DNA of 61,765 nt, filler included, from Platydemus manokwari (lineage: Eukaryota): NCBI GenBank assembly GCA_037951405.1. It is 5 parts of 5 records of this genome, joined end to end, with 100 filler letters (N's around TTAATTAATTAA, not from the genome) between each part and the next. Parts side by side here need not be neighbours in the genome. Positions count along the whole stretch, not along the records: positions 47,858 to 61,765 come from JBBMOY011579188.1; 4 more parts are not named here. The stretch is one strand, 5' to 3'. Position numbers and translations under genes: made by a program. Below are positions 56,101 to 61,765 of the stretch, piece by piece (the stretch's first letter is position 1; each line of letters begins with the position of its first letter). The notes under the pieces were generated by a model. It ran no database searches. It saw nothing but the letters and a program-made list of their open reading frames with translations, and was not told the DNA's origin.

Positions 56101-58560
56101 TGATATCATTAATCTTTGTAAAAGTAGTGATAGCACACTAGAACCCGATCCGATAATCACAACACACGTCTTGGCTAAATTAAAAAGACTCAATAACTGC
56201 ACACCAGGGCCTGATAATGAGAACTACTCACATCTAAAAATACTAGACCCTAAAGGAGATTTGTTCGCTGATCTTTTTAACAAGATTATTAATGCCAAAA
56301 AAATTCCGGATGGCTGGAGGTAGTTTAGAACCTCGTTGATACCAAAGCCTGATAAAACTGATTACAGATCGATCAATAGTTGGAGACCCATTGCTCTTTC
56401 AAACTCAAACTACAAAGTGTTTACAGGCATTTTGGCTGATCGTATGATAGGCTGGGTGGGACAGAGTAACATATTGAGCCCTGGTCAAAAGGGGGAATGG
56501 AATTTGATGGTTGTATTGAACACAATGCACTCTTAACTGAAATCCTTGAGGATCACAGACGCACACTGAATCTGGTAGCCATTGCTTTTCTCGATATTAG
56601 AGGCGTTTTCCAAAGCGTTTCTCACCAACTTACGCTAAAGATAATAGAAAGGTCCTGTATTGAAGATGATTTCATAGCAAGCATCAAGGACGTCTATGCT
56701 GATGTGGCCACTTATTACGAGTGCTTAGATACTGTTAATAGAGAGATTTCGCTGGACGTCGGAGTGAAGCAAGGTTGCCCACTCTCTGTGCTCATATTTG
56801 CCTTAGTAATTAACCCGATACTGATTGAGATTGATTAAGATAATGTAACACATTTTGAAATCCATGGTAAAAGGATATCAGTCCGAGCTTACGCCGATAA
56901 CATTACAATATTTGCTAAATCTGAAAACTATTTACAACACATGCTCGATTTGATTACAAATTTGGCTTTTAAATGCAATTTCATATTTCAGCTACAGAAA
57001 TGCGCATACTTGTCTCTTCCATATGCGGAAAAAACATAAGATTGTTAAGTTTAAACGTGGAAACGATTCGTAAAATCGCACCTGGGGAGTTTTATTAATA
57101 CCTGTGGGTACTTGTCGGATTTGTGAATGACTAAACTCCATATTCGACACTCCAGAGGTTCCTGCGAGATGTGCAACGTGTTGTAGGCTAAGACCTGCTC
57201 GGTCATCAGAAGATAGATGCAATAAAAAGCATTCTATTTCCGACTCTCATTTATAGATTCCGAATCAGTGAAATTACAATAAGATCTCTTAGAAATCCAT
57301 GTGGGTCAAAAAAGTCAGTGGTAACAGGCAATTTGGCCTCGCGATTTAGAGAATCGGTCAGATTCTTAATCTACTTAAATATTCTGATACATGGTATCTC
57401 TATATGGATAGGTTGCATGGAGGTGCTGGCCTTTGGGACCTGTTAGATGAATATCATTCACTACAGATCATTCAAGCCTTTAAATTGTTAAATGTCTCTG
57501 ATCTAGAACTTAGGCACATCATTAGAACTGGTCTAATCATAGCCTATAGAACCAGATTTCCTGGAAATGTCAACACGTTGAACGGAGTACTGAAATGGTT
57601 AAATGGCACCAATACCCCTAATAGATGCACTAATTCTAAGAAATCCTGCTGGACAAGAATAGTTAGAGCAATCAACTATTTTAAAATGGAACACTGGATA
57701 GTATTAGAGTTGAACTGGATGGGACAGGTATTTGCATTTGAATAATACATGTATTACAATCTTGTGTTTCTTGTATGACCCTTATTGTTCAAAGGCATGG
57801 TGAATGTCTGAGGTTAGTTCATCAGTTTATCAATAACCCGATCTAATGGTTAATGTAAAAGAAACCGTACCCTGTCTTTGAGGATGCGATACTGTCTCAA
57901 AACTCAAAGTCGACCTATATATCTAGAATTGCATGAATAAACGTATCTTTCTTGTAGACATTAAATGCCCACTAGATGACGAAAAATTGATGACTGAAGC
58001 TAATGAGAGAAACCTTTCTCACTATGTCCCACTTTGTGAAATGGTCAAACGGTATAAGTCAAATAATACTGTAACCGTACACACTATCAAAAAACACATA
58101 ATGTGTTAAAGTTCATCGGACTATAGGACGTCAAAATCAAGATTTTCGGAAGATTATTATAGCCCTCAAACATAAGACAATCTGCTCGGATCTGGCATAA
58201 TCACCGGACTGGGGTGCTTCTTAACATGAAGGAAGGGTCAGGCCTACAAATTAAAGGAAATTCCCAAATTCACGGACGTGACTTAATTGCACAAGGTGGT
58301 TATCCAACTCATCAGGCACTGATGTACACTACAGTGACCGAAAAAAAATTAACATCTCCGAGCAACATAGAAATACAGGAGGTGTTACACCCCTCTCAGC
58401 GTTTCTCAGGCATATTAGGCAAGAAGTATGATGTTGAGTAAGATCCAGTAGCTGTCCAAAATGTTGAAACTATATTTCCAATCTCTGCGATATTGATTAA
58501 AAATCTCGGAAATAAAACGGTTGTATTTTAGCTTTACTATTGTTCTCCGTGTGATTTAAA
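53116..58560 (+). mobile_element. Near-full-length decayed NeSL/R2-group non-LTR retrotransposon (Zn finger, Ulp1-like domain, RT, restriction-like endonuclease)
   Basis: C2H2-like RCITLQCPRVF (~54455); IFCLIIPPGYHIVLLIIDF (Ulp1 His strand); RT motifs PGPDN, LIPKPD..WRPIAL, QKG..DGCIEHN, FLDIRGVFQSVSH, GVKQGCPLS, AYADN; HGGAGL; RLE-like KVDLY..IFLVDIKCPLD....NLSHY and IWHNH. Many stops. Ends approximate. Confidence 0.88.
55690..55887. repeat. 100-bp tandem duplication inside the non-LTR element
   Basis: gaacaggtaatccttaaa...aaatgat.ctgt at 55690 and 55790, with few mismatches. Confidence 0.92.
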
Positions 58561-59470
58561 TTCCTAGATGAACTATTTCAAATGGATTTCTTGGCTAAAT
58601 AAAATTCGGTAGACCAACCTTGGATTGTAACAACTGACAATTGCGCAATTACTAATTAACATGCAATGAAACAACATACACACTTCATACATACCGCATT
58701 TACATTTTCATTTATGAATCTCGCTTACAATATGGGTCGATATTTAAGGTTCTTTTTGAAATAACAAGAATATCTGTTAATAGCAGCTACTTGGCTAGAA
58801 ATTGATGTTTCAACAAAAGAAGTCATTATTACGATTTTCTTAATATTTATTTAATGCCAACACAATACAATTTTTAAACAAATTAAAATTCCTTATCTAG
58901 GAAGATTCCATTATCAATCTTAATCAAGTATAGATAAAAATATTTAAATCATTTATTAATTACTTTTTTTAAATAATCCAATAAAAATTTTAAAATACTA
59001 CTTTTTTATTTTAAAATTCAATAAATAATTTTAAATTTTAATTAAAAGATTTTTATTAAAATTTTTATTTAAAATTATTAAATAAAATTATTATTAGTTA
59101 ATTTGCATTTTCCTCACAGTAGATAAATTTGAAAGAGAAAACTGTAACATACCAAAATGGTAGTAATTGAAATAAGACTACAATTATAATGTGAAAAGTG
59201 TCAGTACAAACCAATACTTTCAAAAGATTAAAGAATGACACTTTAAATTCGGGAATTAAGATCAACCCAATACCTAGATATCAAATTCTTTGATTCAATA
59301 AAATTAATAATGCTGAAAAAATAAAGAGGATCACAGAAAATGTTAATTATTTATTAAATAAAACAATTTAAGAATCGAATTTCTTAACGAAATCTAAACT
59401 AACAAATTTATTTTCAAAAATATTCAAACATAAAAATATAAAATCAATAACATGATTACCAGAATAATTA

Positions 59471-59571
59471 AAACCAATAAATAACATTTAAAACAGTAAA
59501 GTCTCAAACAAAGCTTCTTTAAACCCAATAACTAACATTCAAAACAGTAAAATCTCAAACAAGGCTTCTTT
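59471..59571. repeat. ~50-bp tandem duplication downstream of the adenylate cyclase
   Basis: aaaccaataa.taacatt.aaaacagtaaa.tctcaaacaa.gcttcttt occurs twice. Confidence 0.85.
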
Positions 59572-59762
59572 AATCACGACCTGATAATAAAAAAGATATA
59601 TTTATTAAGAAATTTAATATATTCTTTATATTTTTATAAGCAAACCACTATCATTAGAAAATTATAACGAAATTTAAAAAAAGTATTTTAAAGATTAAAA
59701 ATTAATCTCATTTCCATTGACATAAAAGTGTACAAAAATATTAAAAGCGCACTTTTATAATT

Positions 59763-61765
59763 TTAGACTTCATTACTTGAAGATGAATTTGAAATCGTTC
59801 TCAAAAGAATGAACATCTTCTCATACGATCTAATCACTAAATACGTTGCCATATCACCTTTTCCCTTAACATATACAATACCTCGATATTTAAATTCAAA
59901 ATATCTTTTCAATTTTCTCATTACATAATCTGGAACTTGAATTGTGCTACCATAAGGTGATGTGCTATACATTCTACTAGCAACATTTACTGTGTCACCC
60001 CATATATCATACAATGGTTTTGTTGTTCCAATGATACCGGCTGTCACTGGACCATAGTTATAACCGATTTTCATATAAAATGTATTTGTGCCCACAATAT
60101 TTTGTTCGTTAAAAATACTCAACTGATGATGCATTTCCAAAGCATACATCATTAACGTTACCAAATGGTCATCATCATTTTCGTTATTATCGATATTTAA
60201 GCCCGAAGCAATCATATAGCAATCATTAATGGTTTTAATTTTTTCTAATTTAGAATAAATTGGTTTATGCAGTAAATTATCAAATTTGCATATAATTGTA
60301 TGTAATAATCTCAATGCTACCATTCCACGTTTGTAATCTTCTCTATAATATGATGAGAAAAAGTTACCGATACAAGCAAAAACTACTCCAGCGTTAGAAA
60401 ATGCATGGGCATATGTAAACGTCATTTCGTTTTGATTATTCCACTTGTTTCCTACAATTTCAGAAAACACTTGTTTTGGTATAATATTGTAAAGAAGGCT
60501 TTCAGCTATTTTTTTCGCCCGAGTTGCTTCATCATTTCTAATTTCAGCTTCACGAGTAGCATAAAAGTTGATTCGAGTATTCTTTTCGTTTTCTCTCGTT
60601 AAATAATAGATTACCAAGCATATATTAAACAATTGAAATGTAAAACTATATTGCATTCGAATTTTTCCAATATCCATTTCCGACTCGATAACAGATGAAC
60701 AATTCTGGAATGAAATATTCAAACCGACGTGAGCATTACTTTGATGTCTCAACATAAGATAAATTGGTATGAAAGTAAATGAAGCCGTTGTAACGTGCTT
60801 GATCAAACTAAGAGAGGCAGAAGAAATACAATTACCGATTAATGCAAATATTGTTAATGTCAAATACGCTGATGTATAATGATAGTGAACATTTATTAAT
60901 TTCTCGTCATAAAATGATAAAACTAAGAGACTTGGCAATGAAGAAATATAAATGCTTAAAAGAAGACGTGAAATTGGATGACTCCAAAAGCAGTAAAATG
61001 ATCTTAATACGATATTTTTAATCTGACTTTTATACACCAGTGATATAAAGGCTGCAATTAACCCGTAAACATAACCTCCAAAATAAACTAAAGGTGAGTA
61101 GAGCTTGAATTTGACGCTATCAGGTATCATAATATAAGATGCTAACAAAATCACAGTAGTATACAGCAAACTTGCAACTGTATCGATAAATAGAGACATT
61201 TTAATTGATTCAACTCTTAATGCCTCAACTTGGTCAGTTGTATGATATAAATATTGATATTCAATTTCTTGATCATGAAATGTTTGAGTAATACTGTGAA
61301 TGGGAGGATTTTTAAAGAAGTCCACAGCTCGTTCTGGATCCTGTTGAAGTAATCGCACCAAATTTAGATCTTCTTTTATTTTCTGATTTCTTTGTTTGAA
61401 AGCATCATCAGTTTGTTCTTTATTCAGGAAAAGATTTTTTGTATCGTTTGAAATACCAATTTTGTTAGAAACATTCGTGTTTCTGTGTTTACTCGAACGC
61501 TTTTTCTTTTTATTTGGTTCTTCGATTTCAGGAACCACAAAGTATGTCTGAATGGCTACGATTTTTTGCATCATTCCTCCAATTCCGTGTGGCTCTTCTT
61601 TCTTCACTTCTAATAAATCACCTTCTTCAAATTTATAAGCATGACGAACCAATAAAAAAGTATCTTGTGATATATGAACTAAGCCTGCTTTACCGCTTGA
61701 TTCCAATGCATTGGCAATTATGACGTCATTAGAGAATACATCGAAACGAAATCGATGATTACCGA
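59763..61765 (-). CDS. ADCY9: Membrane adenylate cyclase, ADCY9-like, 5'-truncated at the window edge (end of C1a, C1b, six M2 helices, C2a) in one exon
   Basis: Frame open to the window end: GNHRFRFDVFSNDVIIANALESSGKAGLVHISQDT (C1a end); six hydrophobic helices; LLYNIIP; GVVFACIGNF..YREDY; KIKTINDCYMIASGL; GYNYGPVTAGIIGTTKPLYDIWGDTVNVASRM (AC9-type GTTK.LYDIW); VKGKGDM. The track's first 'M' is an internal TTG. Confidence 0.9.
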   Translation of the reverse strand, partial: GNHRFRFDVFSNDVIIANALESSGKAGLVHISQDTFLLVRHAYKFEEGDLLEVKKEEPHGIGGMMQKIVAIQTYFVVPEIEEPNKKKKRSSKHRNTNVSNKIGISNDTKNLFLNKEQTDDAFKQRNQKIKEDLNLVRLLQQDPERAVDFFKNPPIHSITQTFHDQEIEYQYLYHTTDQVEALRVESIKMSLFIDTVASLLYTTVILLASYIMIPDSVKFKLYSPLVYFGGYVYGLIAAFISLVYKSQIKNIVLRSFYCFWSHPISRLLLSIYISSLPSLLVLSFYDEKLINVHYHYTSAYLTLTIFALIGNCISSASLSLIKHVTTASFTFIPIYLMLRHQSNAHVGLNISFQNCSSVIESEMDIGKIRMQYSFTFQLFNICLVIYYLTRENEKNTRINFYATREAEIRNDEATRAKKIAESLLYNIIPKQVFSEIVGNKWNNQNEMTFTYAHAFSNAGVVFACIGNFFSSYYREDYKRGMVALRLLHTIICKFDNLLHKPIYSKLEKIKTINDCYMIASGLNIDNNENDDDHLVTLMMYALEMHHQLSIFNEQNIVGTNTFYMKIGYNYGPVTAGIIGTTKPLYDIWGDTVNVASRMYSTSPYGSTIQVPDYVMRKLKRYFEFKYRGIVYVKGKGDMATYLVIRSYEKMFILLRTISNSSSSNEV

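Overview
AT-rich animal genomic DNA. Introns of 43-50 nt, (ATT)n microsatellites and the transposon spectrum suggest a flatworm/planarian (inference only). The window is five contigs joined by identical artificial 100-nt linkers (44N-TTAATTAATTAA-44N), so linkage across gaps is unproven. Host genes: a complete two-exon TASK-type K2P channel, a 3'-incomplete striatin, a complete 11-exon clan-3 cytochrome P450 (510 aa), the last three exons of UDP-xylose synthase (UXS1) and the 3' ~2 kb of an ADCY9-like adenylate cyclase. The rest is mostly decayed mobile DNA: two Ty3/Gypsy pol remnants, three NeSL-type (Ulp1/RT/RLE) non-LTR remnants, two Polinton/Maverick remnants, a full-length mariner, a piggyBac fragment and two Buster-type hAT MITEs. 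No clearly new biological system is demonstrable from sequence alone. Best leads: an intronless, mobile-element-like DEDDh (REXO4/ISG20-like) exonuclease unit beside orphan exons of unrelated host genes (PTP, ThrRS); a tandemly duplicated Ly6/three-finger-like secreted gene with a nearly identical upstream region; and an AC9-like cyclase whose C2 domain carries a C1-type Asp (KTINDCY). All translations, alignments and exon boundaries were read by eye.
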